Below the pieces are notes generated by a model. That model was not told the DNA's origin. It was given only the letters and a program-made list of their open reading frames with translations, and ran no database searches. Below are positions 28,115 through 40,252 of a stretch of 64,000 nucleotides of DNA, piece by piece; position 1 is the first letter of the stretch; each line of letters starts with the position of its first letter. This stretch comes from Paraspadella gotoi (taxonomy: Eukaryota; Animalia; Chaetognatha). The position numbers and the translations under genes are program-made. Where the stretch lies: contig CM119267.1 of the NCBI GenBank assembly GCA_051294375.1, positions 21,335,755 to 21,399,754 on the forward strand. Reading direction: 5' to 3'.

Positions 28115-30393
28115 GAATTATGGCCAGTTAATAACTCGATTAACACTTAGACCTTTAATGCTATTTAGTATGCATCTCCACGTCTTTGCCCATCCTCACT
28201 AAATCCATCCCCATCACTCCCAAAACCCTCCCTCCATGACCGCCTCCTTCCCCCCATCCCGTTTTCCACAGCTCCTCCCCAACTCCATCGCGGATCAACT
28301 GATCAACGGCGGAGTGGTGACGCCGGAGAACTTCGAGACGGTGACGATCTACTTCAGCGACATCTGCGGCTTCACCGCCATCTCGGCCGCCTCCACGCCC
28401 AACGAGGTCGTCACTCTCCTCAACGACCTGTACACCGTTTTCGACAAGATCATCTGCTATTTTGACGTTTACAAGGTTTCATTTAATGATGATAATGAAG
28501 TGAAATGGTAAAATAATGTATTAACAAAAAAAAAACCTTCCCCTCCCTCGAGGTGGAACCATCGGAGACGCCTACATGGTCGTCTCCGGCCTGCCCAACC
28601 GCAACGGCCCGAACCACGCCCGCGAGATAGCTCGAATGGCCCTTCGCCTTCTCAAGAAGGTCGAGAACTTCGTGATCCGCCACATGCCCAAGGAGCAACT
28701 CAAGCTCAGGATCGGCATCCACACGGGGCCGGTCGTCGCTGGGGTCGTGGGAGTTAAGATGCCGAGGTGAGGAAGGGCGGAAGCTGGCGAATGAATTTAC
28801 TCTTGATAAAAAGAAATTGTTGTTGTAATAGTGGCAAGTTTGAACGAACAAATAGATATTAAATTGATTTAATATTTATATGAAATATTTGAATTTTTTT
28901 TTTAATTTCGTTTGATATAGCAAAACAAGTAATTTTGCAATTTTGAAAGTACGAGATTTTGCGTCAAAATAAGTTAGTGAATATTCCTAAAAATCCATTA
29001 TTCGACGCACCGGCACTGACCAAAGTCACCAGTGATCACTTTGTCGCCCTGACCCCAGGTATTGCCTCTTCGGCGACACCGTTAACACCGCCTCTCGTAT
29101 GGAGTCCAACGGACTTCCGCTCAAAATTCACGTCAGCCAACAGACGCACCAAGCATTGGAGCCGTTCGGCACGTTTCAGCTGGAGAAGAGGGGACAGGTC
29201 GAGATGAAGGGCAAAGGTAAAAGACGGGAGGAGTGGATAAAATGGATATATATATCAGGGGGGAATAGTAGGATAGTAACTAGAGGGGGGGTTATGATAG
29301 AAACTTTATCAGAATATGAATTTTTGTGGTGGTGTTAAAAATGGGCCTTTCTTAGAAAAAAAAGATTTTTAACATAAGGTTAGTTAAGGTTGTGTTGGAA
29401 AATATGAAAAAGACGAGGAAGAAAAAATTTCATTCCGTTCTTTGTTTACAAGATTCGAAAAACTGTAATAATCATTGCCAACGTTCCTTTTGACTCTGAG
29501 CCATTGTTTACTAGGTAATAAAAGCAAAAGGTTTCCAGAAGCCGTAACATTAAGAAGGAAATAGTCGGTGAAATTTCCATTTTTCATGGGTGAGAAGCGC
29601 AATATCCCCAGTCTTGAACTAGAAATATTATAATAACTGTTTTTTAATTACAATTAATGAAAGAGAAAATCCCGAATAGTGAATGTCGAGACTTCTTTCC
29701 AATTTTTGATACAGCGAAGTGGGATTCACCGGCGCACGTGACTTCCAAAGATGACAAAAAAAAAACTAAATCGCATTCGCCAACCGTCATCGCGTATTCA
29801 TGACTTTTCCTTCTATCTGGATTTCCCGGGCGTTTTTCGTTTCTCTACTTTCTCTTCTGTACTTTCTTTTTTTCCCCTGCCACCTCCCACTTTCCCCCCT
29901 ACCAGGTGGAAACGTCCCTCTTAAATCCCTTTTAAACCAAGCGATCGACTTCTTTTTGACTAGATTTTTTTTTAACCCTTAAACGCCTAAAGCTACACAC
30001 TTAAATCACACAAATCGGCATTTTTTCATTTTGTACTTTTTTTCTTTAGCTAACGGGTTGTACCAGTACCTTCTTTTCTCTATTATTGTAAGAGATGATT
30101 AAAAAAAACCTTTTCTTCCTACGAGCGAAGGCGCCCCCTTCTTCCTTATTTAAAATCTCCTCACCATTTTGCCTCCTCCTCCCCCTCCCCAATATTATCC
30201 TCCAGGCATCCAGACGACCTACTGGTTGACGGGCGAGCGATCCGATCCTTCCGAAGAATCCCAGTCTCCGGCGAAAATGAAACGTTCGTCGAGCGATCAC
30301 GACTTTTTCTTCCGGGTCAAGATGCGCGACCGAACGCATTCGGTCCAATTCAACAACAACCCGCTAAAAGCCGACGGACCTGTCTACGTTTGA
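3385..30393 (+). CDS. Receptor (membrane) guanylyl cyclase, natriuretic peptide receptor NPR-A/NPR-B-like; 24 coding exons
   Basis: GT-AG, phase-compatible exons: 3385-3556, 4916-5106, 9875-9992, 10334-10437, 10727-10953, 11273-11383, 11609-11727, 12386-12480, 12910-13081, 13231-13313, 13507-13584, 14106-14239, 15190-15273, 17581-17703, 17785-17887, 18164-18389, 18669-18825, 20021-20221, 27504-27589, 27823-27960, 28272-28475, 28553-28766, 29059-29216, 30206-30393. Domains in order: signal peptide [21 protein letters not shown]; ANF-receptor ectodomain ([35 protein letters not shown]); PPDEPTCG..C plus TM; kinase-homology domain ([44 protein letters not shown]); linker [13 protein letters not shown]; cyclase ([46 protein letters not shown]). 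Three 1-bp deletions break the frame (~18275, ~20138, ~28558). Confidence 0.93.
3651..3754 (-). repeat. Dispersed repeat family B (partial)
   Basis: Reverse complement of 38780-38885 (ggaggccttaaaccaccaaagcctgtccaaagtcagg...gataatttttatattggttgtaccaatttcata). Confidence 0.85.
5871..8750. mobile_element. AT-rich foldback-type non-autonomous DNA transposon in guanylyl cyclase intron 2
   Basis: Termini TAGGCCTTAGCAAATTTC...GAAATTTGCTAAGGCCTA. Arms 5871-6162 pair with 8461-8750, and ~6164-6630 pair with ~7780-8225. Flanked by (TA)n, consistent with a TA target site. No transposase ORF. Confidence 0.88.
11091..11226 (+). repeat. Dispersed repeat family B (diverged)
   Basis: gagagtgaataaacaagactgtgagag...ccaagatagcttatttattaaaagaatggataatt matches 38707-38860. 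Confidence 0.7.
15930..16280. repeat. Pyrimidine-rich low-complexity tract ((TTTC)n, TTTCGCTC units)
   Basis: Directly visible; source of spurious Phe/Ser-rich ORFs. Confidence 0.85.
16835..16985 (+). repeat. Degenerate TTAGGG-like tract (intronic)
   Basis: Units such as ttagggtt, ttagggat, ttaggat and ttagggtttggg at roughly 6-bp periodicity. Confidence 0.55.
17979..18051 (-). pseudogene. tRNA-like sequence (pseudo-tRNA or tRNA-derived SINE head), CCC triplet at the anticodon position
   Basis: The minus strand reads GGCGGTC...GGCCGCC (7-bp acceptor stem with one G-U) over 73 nt. It has a degenerate A box (TTGGTAAAGGG), loop CTCCCAA and a B-box-like GAGTTCTAGCC. Anticodon and T stems pair poorly. 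Confidence 0.5.
22019..25283 (+). CDS. Nested gene: ankyrin-repeat + TTC3-like Cys-rich domain + C-terminal RING-H2 protein (putative E3 ubiquitin ligase, TTC3/DZIP3-like C-terminus)
   Basis: Exon 1 is 22019-22137 (phase 2, ag|gtatgt); exon 2 is 22358-25283 (uninterrupted ~975 codons). Ankyrin repeats ([26 protein letters not shown]; [20 protein letters not shown]). CxxC...CxxC knuckle. CKYEFC...[18 protein letters not shown]...CMTPDC. RING-H2 CCYC...CLHKYHSEC...[18 protein letters not shown] at 25465-25470. Confidence 0.85.
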
Positions 30394-31610
30394 CCCGTTC
30401 GCCGAGGAAGGGAGTGGCCCGGCCCGGGGGAAGGAGAAATAGATGAGCAAATGTTTTGAGGTATTTTGCGAACGGAGAAATAATTGTTTCTCTTTTTGTT
30501 CATTTTTTAGTTTTTCCTATTTTTTCCTACCCTTTCTTTCCTACTCTTTCTTTTCTTTCGCCCCCCTCGCCTTACCTTTTCTTTCCTCAACTTATCTTTT
30601 TAACCCCGGAGGCTTACGGTTGATTGATGGGCCCCCAACTCCGCTTGATCATCACCCCCACCCTGTGACAGATCGGTGATCAGCCCATCTACATAGTTTA
30701 TTCACCTTCGAGTTCTTGACTGATGTCTCCGTGTCCCGCAGTTAATAATCCCCAGATGTCTTGTCACTGTANNNNNNNNNNTCTACATAGTTTATTCACC
30801 TTCGAGCTCTTGACTGATGTCTCCGTGTCCCGCAGTTAATAATCCCCCCCATGTCTTGTCACTGTATTGTCTGACTCATGGAAATACCGTTAACGATTAA
30901 CTCTGTAAATAGGATGCAATAAATTGGTCGTTATATTTGATTTTTTTAGTCGAATACATTTACTCTTGGGCTTTTTCTGAGCATGAACTTTCCCCAACCA
31001 AATGGGTTAAAAATTGGAAACTTCCAAGTCGAAATTTTGTTTTCAGGATTGCGTTTTTACCCAGTTTTTAATGTATTGTTGTAAAATAGTTTTGTAACTT
31101 GAGGTATTACATAAAACCCATCCTTTTTTTTTACGTCCCAAAAATCTGACCCGGTACTGGGTCCTTGGTCTGGTTTTTTCCTACAGAACCGAATGCGGAC
31201 ATTTTTATCCGTTTTAGGTAATAAATTATTTACTAAGCTTGAGTGGATCATAAAATGTTTTGAGCTGTTTTGTTACAGTATTACTTGTTTTTACAAATAT
31301 ATCAATTTCTTCATTGAACCAAAGTTGCCATCTTTCATCAAAATATATCAGTCAGTTATATACTCTGCGAAAGTTTAGCATTTTTAAGTTTCTTCTTTCT
31401 ACATAGTCATAATTTTTTTTAAAAAAATTTAAATTTAAAATTAAACCGCAGCATTTATTTTCTTCTGGAGAATATGATTTTCAGCAAAAAAAACCTCGAT
31501 AGTAACTTTTACAATTTATACATAGTAGCCGCATTATTAACCGCACTCTGCTATAGAAAATTTCGAGACCCGAAAGTTTTCAAAATTGTTTAAATTAATT
31601 AATAAGAAAA

Positions 31611-33231
31611 ATGTCTAGTCCAAAGTTATCCTGGTACCAAAGTCGATCACCATGTTCTTCTCGCTCCGGAAGGTATGTGTTGGGCTTGCTATTGATTTGG
31701 TAGGTGTTGGGCTTGCTATTTATTTTTTAGTCGTAACATCTTTCCTGCAGAATCGGTTTCTTCGTTCTTAATGGAATTTTGTTAGTCGCCGCTGTGTCTC
31801 TTTTGAGCGTCGCGTTAAACGAGGTGAAAATTATTCAATAGTGAAATTTTAAGTTATTCGGGATGTCGTCATTTACGTATGTTTGAATCTCAACGTAACA
31901 CACGAGTCAATAAGCTTAGAAAAAAAAACACCACATTTTTCTCCACTAACGAAGAGATACGTCGACCTCAATCAAAACTTACTCGAAGTGAAGCCAATCC
32001 GACGAGTTTTAAACCGAATCCCCGTCGCTTACAGGAGTCGAGGTAGGAACGTTGATGGGTCATGGTCTCTGGTTCGCTTCTTGGCTATTTGGGTCACATC
32101 ACGTGAAACGCGACAGTTTGAGCCTTAGTCTTTGCAATGTTTGGTTTTTAATTGTTTTTAATCGTTATTTCCGGCCTTTTCAAGGTTGCCTTAATTTATT
32201 TATTAATTTAATACAATATCCCCTTTCCACACTTTTTTTTTAACTTCAGCCGACTTTTGGAGTCCCAGTATGGAGACAGAGACGCGGCGAAGCAGCTTCG
32301 CCTTCGCAGCAGCATTCTCCGCGACGCTGGCCGTCGTCGCCGCCATCGGATTCGTCGCCGCAGCCAAAATGGACGCCGCCCTACTTGGTGTTTACGTTGG
32401 TAAGGTTCCAGATAATAATTGTCTCATTTTCTGCGCGAGAGATAATAGATAAGAGATCTCTCTTACCTTCCAGCGATCCTCTCTTCACTCCTCCTCATCC
32501 TCATCACGGTGGGCGTGTCTCTCCTCGTACGCGCCCACCGCCGAATCGACGCCATCGTCGACGTGCTGCGCCGCGTCGCCGCTGCGTCGGAAGTCCGCGG
32601 AGGAAAGTGGATCGTCGATTCGCGGAACGAGGCCTTTCTCGACTTTATGCATCGACATTTGGGTGTGGGAGAATTTGAGAATTTGAAATGGATTTTGGAT
32701 AATCATAGTCTATGACATAGACAATCCTACTTTGTATGGAAAATCTAACCTATAGCAATTACTGGTTACTGCAACGTTTTGACATTGTTTGTCTATTTGT
32801 ATGTTTTGACTTATCCTCTCTCTTAAGGTAAGACCGTTACCCTTTCTTCCACAGACTGCTGCAGCACGAAATTCCTCAACTCGGCCTCAATCGCAAAAGA
32901 GCAAATTCCGAGCTCTTGCTTTCGCCCGGTTCCGCAATTTTCCGCGTCAACATCTCCAACCCTACGCCATGACACTTGCAAGCGCCGCGTTCTCTTCGAA
33001 TCGACCAAGACAGTCTCCTTCGCGCTTCTCGTCGCCGTCGTTGCTCTTTTCTTTCCTTCCGCGTTGTGCGTCGCGGTCGCCTCGTGTCTCTTCAGTCGAA
33101 CGAGAAACAAAAGATCAGTTTCGGGAAATGAAGAAACGAAAAGTAGAGAAATTTTGAGGGAAGAAAATGTTGGAAAGTTGATTGACGGGGAAAACGTGGA
33201 ATTGGAAATGGATGATATTGTTGTGAAATAA
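31611..33231 (+). CDS. Divergent tetraspanin (4 TM; CCS instead of CCG)
   Basis: Phase-compatible exons 31611-31672, 31751-31823, 31955-32042, 32250-32399, 32474-32662, 32855-33231. TM1 IGFFVLNGILLVAAVSLL; TM2 ...VVAAIGFVAA; TM3 LLGVYVAILSSLLLILITVGV; EC2 LDFMHRHLDCCS...IPSSC...C; TM4 FALLVAVVALFFPSALCVAVASCLF. Confidence 0.78.
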
Positions 33232-33696
33232 AATGATGTGAAATCTAACTTAACGTTAAATATTTTAATTTTGTGGTTTTTTTGTCCTTGTAATAATTTT
33301 TTAAAGAATAAAAACGAACACATTTTTCCTCGGATTTTGATCTGCTTACAATAAAAAAGCTTGTCGATAAGCGACGTTCAAATTTTTCACAATATCCTTT
33401 AAGTGTAAAATAAACTGATTTTTATTTCATATTCAGCAAACTAATCCAAATCATTATTTAAATCAATGGAACGGGTTTTTACAATACGGAAAAGGGACTG
33501 CGTAGTGCAAGTATGTGACCTAATGAGCCCCCAATTTTTTTTACTTAAATGAGTGCTTTAAATCTCATTCCTATTCGTTAATTAATAAGTAAAGATAAAA
33601 AAAAACATAAGATCGGCTTAAACGTCATCAAACATCTGCCCTCGACCTGCTCCGCAGGACAAGAACAACAATACCGACGACGACAACGACGACGAC

Positions 33697-36600
33697 ATGT
33701 CCGACAAGCGGCGTTCCATTCAAAAGCCCCAGGCGACCCCTCGCGGCTCCTTCGCTCAACCCTCGCTGGCGCCGCATTACGCTAACGCGGGTCAAGGCTC
33801 CGGGTCGACCGGACGAAAATCTCTGGCGCCGTCGGCTGATCCGGATAAAGTCTCCTTCAGAAGCGCCTATTTAAAGGTCGGGGATTAGTTGACGGGGGAT
33901 AAGCGTCGTTTAACGGTCGGGGACTAGTTTGGCTTTCATGGTTGGGAACTCCGGTGTTTCTTTAAAAGACTGATGAAATAGGTTAGTTTTCATATTTTAT
34001 AAATTACGTAGTAAGCATTAAAAAACAAAGCGAAGGACACTCGGACATTTTTTTTTTTAATAACATGAACGGTCCTAACGTGTGTCGCCGCAGTAACTTT
34101 CTTTTCACGTGTATTTCCGAGTGATCACGTGACTACATAACTATGAAAGGTATGTGTAATAAACGTCCAAATGTTGATAATTTATCTGCAAAGTTTAAAC
34201 AACCTCAACCAAATATTATGCGAAATATGACTTATTAACTTTGTGATCCCGTGACCGTAATTCTGCGTCGTCACGTGACTTCACATGTATATAACAAACA
34301 TTCCTTAGAATTTATAAAATTAGTTGAGTATTTCATTTCTAAGCTGCACTGACTTTTAGGTCATGTGATCGCTTTTTAAGGTGTCCACGTGACTTCATTG
34401 TACATTGTACAAGTATCATACGAACTAAATAGATGAAGTACTTTCTCGCCGCCGCAGGACGCGATGGCGAAGACGCGCGGCAGCGCAGGATCGTCGGAGA
34501 TAAAGCAGATGTCGGAGATGATGAAGGAAGAGGGCTCCACCGAGATCGACGTCAACGAAATGATCTTCAACTATCACGTTCAAAAGATTCAAGCGGGTCA
34601 GTTTCGGTGGGAATTGAAAGGTTGAGGTGTAGGGATTTGTTAAAGGGTTTTCTTGTATCTCANNNNNNNNNNNNNNNNNNNNNNNNNNNNNNNNNNNNNN
34701 NNNNNNNNNNNNNNNNNNNNNNNNNNNNNNNNNNNNNNNNNNNNNNNNNNNNNNNNNNNNNNNNNNNNNNNNNNNNNNNNNNNNNNNNNNNNNNNNNNNN
34801 NNNNNNNNNNNNNNNNNNNNNNNNNNNNNNNNNNNNNNNNNNNNNNNNNNNACGGGGAATTCACTCGAGTTCTCTACGACCTTGTCGAATCCATCGGCTT
34901 CAAGGCCTTCATCATGGTGCGGTTAACCGTCCAGTATTTTTTTAAATATATATTTACGATTAATTGCCATTATTAGCTTAGCTAAGGATAAAAAAAGATT
35001 CATATCTATTCTAATCATTTAAGGAATTGATCGATCCATCCATAAATTTCTCGATCCCTAAATATGATCAGACCATATATCTTGTTATTATCAATCAAAT
35101 CTTTCTATCTATCTATTATTATCTACTCCTCGTTCAATCAGAGAGCCGAGAGATTATCATCACGATCTTGAACATTCAATTTTAAATTTTTGCCAAAAAA
35201 AAAAAAGAGCAATGGTTAAAATATCCACGAAACAATGCGACTTTTCCCTTCCGCAGATCGTGGTGGTGGTCCAGGCGTTGTTCCTTTGTCTAGAATCTTT
35301 CGATCCCATCAAGTATCGAGTCTCCTGGTATTTCGACATCATGGACGCCATCTTCACCGGGTTCTACACCGTGGAGATGATACTCAAGCTCATCGTCTGG
35401 CACAAACTATACTTCAAGGAAGGGTCGGTTTTGTAACGATTTTTTTTTCGTTGCGGCACGAGTAATCGCGGAGCAACTCAATGAGTCACTCTTCAGTCGG
35501 TGGGTCTGTCGGTATTTCTGTCTGTCTGTCCGTCGGTCTGTCTCACTTTTAACTCGCTAATACTTCATTAATTTAATTCATATTTGGAATGAAAGTAAGG
35601 TAACATAAGACCTTTAACGGGCACATATATCATACTTGTGAAGTCACGTGATCACTTTAAAAAACAATCACGATCTGTTTTTTTTCTGCCAGTCTTTGTG
35701 TGTCTTTCTGTCTAACTGTTCTAAGCTGTCTTGTCTAATTTTTCGTTTCTCTCTCGTCTCTTCCTCTCCTCGTCTCTCTCTCTCTCTCTCTTCTCTCTTC
35801 TTCCCTTCTCTCTTACTCAGGCCTATATATCCCTCGTCAGTTGGGAACTGGTTGGAACTTCGTCGTCGTCAGGTGGCGCCTACATCCACGCTCGTCATCG
35901 AAGCGACGATGGGAATCAAGGGGGCGGGGAAAATTTCATCGCCTGAGGGTCTTAAAGGTACGCAACGAATATAAGGAAGGAACAAAGAGACCAAGAAAAG
36001 AACTAATAAATTGGAAATAAAAATAAAGAACAAATAGTTATTCGACGAGAAGGTCAGGTTCATTAATCTTTCTTCGGTATTCGAATGACGTGCATTAAAT
36101 TAAAAATCGATGATCATCGCGCTTTGCAGATTATTCGCAACCACAGAGGCAGGAGAGAATGTGACGCACCGACGAATGGCAAACTAGTGCTCAAGTTTCT
36201 AAATCTAAACCAATCTGTCTGAAAGAACTCTGTAAATTAAGGAAGAGCCTCAACTGATGAACAAACTCAAAGAGGTTGAGAAGACTTTCACCTTAAAGGC
36301 CGCCGTAGCTTCTATCATCGCTCGGGAGAGCTACTTACTTTTTAATATCATGGAGAATTAACAAAAAAATTCATCAATATTAACAGCTAAAATTGGTAAG
36401 TCTCCGATATCCGTGGACCGATTAAAATCGGTACAAAGCTTCAGATGAACTTGATACAAAGGATGTTGCCTGAGCGAGCGGTCGGCTATGGAGAAGAAGT
36501 GAAGACTGAGTACGAGGCGCAGGACGCGGTAGCTAAATTTTGGCAGACCTTGGTGACCTAAAAAGAAAAACCCGAGAGAGAGAGATCAATACACCGTTTC

Positions 36601-37975
36601 CTGCAATGTCACAACATGCCACCCATAAGCAATGTGAACGATCAGCACAGACGGAAGGTGGGGCAGTAACCTATCTACGACCAGTCTCCTGGCGCATCGG
36701 AATCCCTTGCTTCGTGCTATTCTGGAACCGCTCCGCATGTGCCAGCAGAGAGGAAGAGGACGATTTCAAATCCTCCGACTCAAGCTATGTACTTCTGCTA
36801 ATCATGTAGCACAGCGCTACTCTAAATCTCGTAGCATCGTAGTGATCGGCAGTCATCATCTTTCCAAACTGCGTTCAACCACTCTCTCTAGAGCAACGCA
36901 ACGCGTAACGCCGGCTATGCCTCGAGAGATTGCACTTCGCCTGTCCTCTCATATATAGCGCCGTACACACGTGCTCATGCTCGTGAAAGGATATCTATCA
37001 CATAAGACAGGCATACATACTCATATCCTCTCTTNNNNNNNNNNNNNNNNNNNNNNNNNTGTTGTTGTTGTTGTTTAATCGAATTTTCCAATAGGGAAGA
37101 CTGAGTGAATCAAATTTCGTAGCTGTGAATAGATAAATAAATAAACAAATCAAACAAATAAATATCTAATCTATCGAATGAATAAGAACAAATCGTCACG
37201 TTTCCTTTCGAGTTGAAATTGTTTTGCCAGAATCACGATGGTCATTTATAAATAACGAGAGAAAACAAAAAGCCCATTCCGAAAATAACAACAACAACAA
37301 CGAAGCCGCCCCCCCCNNNNNNNNNNNNCGCCAATCTCAGCTATAAGATACTTAATTCAGCTAGAATGATGACTGGAATACCACATTAAGCTCGACCTCG
37401 TTTATCATTATCATCTCGATATTATCATTGTCATCTCCTCCGCCGTCATCGTCATCCTCCACTTTCAGCGTGGTCATCTTCCTCATCGTCTACTTCATGA
37501 TCAATTGGTTGATCATGATTAATCTCTTCATCGCAGTCCTCGTCGACAATTTCACGATCGCGATGGAGAAAGAAGAGAAGGTGAAGCTAGATTCAGTTTG
37601 GACGACCTCACTTAATCATGAACGCCTTTTGGACAGTTTTAAATCATAATATAATATAATATAATATACCAATTTATAGATAGAAAAGTTAGTTGCTCTG
37701 GTAGTTTATAAGATTGTGAGAGAGTCTTGATTGAAAGCTGGTCCCTTTTATGTTATTATTTAGTACAGGAAAGCCTAATTAGTAATTAGTGAATGAATGG
37801 ATAATTTTTACATTTGTTGTAGTACTTATTTATCCGCGTGAGTGAAAGCAGGGCGTTACTGAAGATAATAATGCCAAGTGTCCCCCCCACCGTTTTCAAA
37901 CCCCTTCATTTGATATATCAAAACTTGACATGAAATGGAGATGAAATCAACTTTGGCTAAGATGTTCAAGATGAT

Positions 37976-38067
<92 letters not shown>

Positions 38068-38624
38068 TCAAGACATTGGCCCCATCGAGAGGAGGAAGAG
38101 AGGAAGGGACTTGGCTGGACAGGACGCCGACGACGATATCGACGAGATCGGATTATAGCGATCCAGTAAAGTAAAATAAATAATAATAATAATAAATATT
38201 TTACTTTTTTAAATTTTGTCTTTGAAAAAAAATTTATTACGCGCTGATGAATACTCGAAAAACTAGAGTTGAAAAATGTCCGTTTTTTGGAATAANNNNN
38301 NNNNNACCCGTTGTTTGTAAAAAAATAAATTTTGTTTGTCTCTCTAAATAAAAACGCAATGAAAATAAAGTCTTAACACAATATCTTAAAAATTCATAAA
38401 GTAAAGATTATTTTTTCAATACTCCCTCCCCTTCGCCCTTTTTCCTTTTGAACAGTGCCCAGTTCGATCTGTATTACCCCATGAAAGAGTACACGCCGGG
38501 AATGCGACTCATACTGAAGGCCTACTTCAAGACGCTCATCACCATGAGCAATTGCCTCTACATCCTCAAGTCGAAGACGCGAATCCTGGACACCATCATC
38601 GAGTACACCGGGCTGGAGACGTGA
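33697..38624 (+). CDS. CATSPER1: CatSper1-like sperm cation channel subunit (partial; S4-pore region lies in gaps or noisy sequence)
   Basis: Exons 33697-33876, 34458-34596, (gap)34852-34916, 35257-35423, 35841-~35957 (indel-rich), 37469-37580, ~38073-38165, 38456-38624. S1-S2 FKAFIMIVVVVQALFLCLESF...SWYFDIMDAIFTGFYTVEMILKLI; S3 WNWLDF (after indel correction); S6 INLFIAVLVDNF. The C-terminal helix RLILKAYFKTL...RILDTIIE resembles the CatSper1 tail. Single 6-TM domain. Confidence 0.72.
35440..35660 (+). mobile_element. HINE/DINE-1-like element, family A
   Basis: T-run, hairpin GCGGCACGAGTAATCGCGG, GTCTGTCTGTCCGTCGGTCTGTC microsatellite, TTCATATTTGG. Confidence 0.55.
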
Positions 38625-38679
38625 TACCGTCCCGCTTTCGGTCTCCTTACATGTTTTGTACTTTTTCATGTTTTATAGT

Positions 38680-38885
38680 TTTTAGTTTCGCCGCGAGTTC
38701 TCGCGGAGTGAATAAATAAGACTGTGAGAGAGTCTTGATTGAAAGCTTGCAGAAACCTGCTATGTTATTATCTTGTAAGTGTGATGGAGGCCTTAAACCA
38801 CCAAAGCCTGTCCAAAGTCAGGGACAAGATAGCTTATTTATTAAATGAATGGATAATTTTTATATTGGTTGTACCAATTTCATAA
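38680..38885 (+). mobile_element. Dispersed repeat family B, most complete copy (starts with the same hairpin as family A)
   Basis: TTTAGTTTCGCCGCGAGTTCTCGCGGAGTGAATA...ACCAATTTCATA. Further copies at 3651, 11091, 37708, 51775, 56030 and 63716. Confidence 0.7.
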
Positions 38886-39508
38886 AATCAATGTTGCAAT
38901 AATTCATATAAAACTTGGTTATTTTAGTTAATATTTTTCAAATAAGTGATCAGCAATAAGATTCTCATTGAGCATATTTTTTAAACTTGTGTACTATGTG
39001 TAGTATGTATAGGTGTACTATGTGTACCATGTGTATTGTTTAGGTATGTGATCATAGAGAAATTCGTTCGCAAAGTGACTGCCCCGCACTTAGAACTTCC
39101 TGGTTCTTGTTTTAAGGTTGTCTTCAAATTTGCTCATAAAATTTCCAGCTGTTTTAACTCATTTACATTGTAAAATTAACTTCGAGTCTGATTAAAGTTA
39201 ATAATGTTAATCATTTCTTATTTTATCTAATTAACTACTGTTAGACGTCTGGATCAGATATAAAAACAAAAGCGTCCGTTTAACAGGGGAGGTTTTCCAA
39301 AAGGAACAATTACTCTCTGTCTCTCTCTCTCTCTGCTAATAAATAATAATGTTGATATTGTGACGATATATTCACACCGCCTTACATCTGTTGGAGACAA
39401 ATTCGTGCGGACATCGAAGGACTCAAGATGAAGAACAATTTGCTACGAACAATTAGGGAACTGTTCTTCAATAAAAATATAAATAATGATTGCTTTTATT
39501 TACCTTAT

Positions 39509-40106
39509 TTGTTATTGTTTACATTTCAGATAAATGAGTATCGTGCTTTATATGTATAAATGATAAGTGTCAGAATACACAGTTCTTGGTCAGCGTCTCC
39601 CTGTCATATTGTGTGCTTCTCATATCTCATAGGTCCATACGATAAGACTATTGCTTCTGTCGACTGCGCCGCCCGCTCAGACTTAGTTTGGAGGACGACG
39701 TGGGAGGCCCCGATGCGATCCCAATACCACCTGACGTGAGCCGCCTTCGCCCGCTGGCGAATCCCCATAAATCCGCCTCCAACAGTGGTGCATCGTCCTA
39801 TCCACTTTTTTTGTGGAGCACCCACTGTCGACAGTTCACACGCTTACATTCTCGGAAGCGTGCTTCGTTACCCACAAGTCTTTCGGGTCAACTCTCAACT
39901 CCAACACATCCACCATTGTTCAGCCGGTCCCAAGCGTTGCGTTCCATCCACAGTCCTAACGACTTCCCTCTGCGTTGGCAAAACTAGACCGTCCTTGGGT
40001 AACCGAGCCAGTGACAGGAGGCGTCACAGAGATTCGCAAACTCCAAAGCCAACAGTGAAATCCCCCATCCCAATGGGCATCACAGGCAACCCGGCTGTTG
40101 CCATAA
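39509..40106 (+). mobile_element. Solo-LTR-like repeat related to the LTRs at 54402-55172
   Basis: The 3' ~200 bp (cacatccaccat...ttccatccacagtcctaacgacttccctctgcg...ggctgttgccataa) match the mini-LTR element and end identically in GCCATAA. Flanked by direct repeat TACCTTAT (39501-39508, 40107-40114). The 5' boundary is uncertain. Confidence 0.55.
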
Positions 40107-40252
40107 TACCTTATCTTATTGGCTCGCATATTTAGATTTAACTAAAATTGACCTACTTTCATCTCTTTAAAAAACTATTTACAGAAATTTCAAGCATTTT
40201 TGACAAAATTATATATAAAGCTCTTTCTCGATTTTTCAAATTGCTAAAAAAA

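Noticed and set aside
30689-30867. ~85-bp direct repeat either side of an N gap
   Set aside because: Looks like unmerged overlapping contig ends, not a biological repeat.
38240-38280. CTGATGA...GAAA hammerhead-like core
   Set aside because: Stem II is imperfect, no convincing stems I/III, and it lies next to a gap in noisy sequence.
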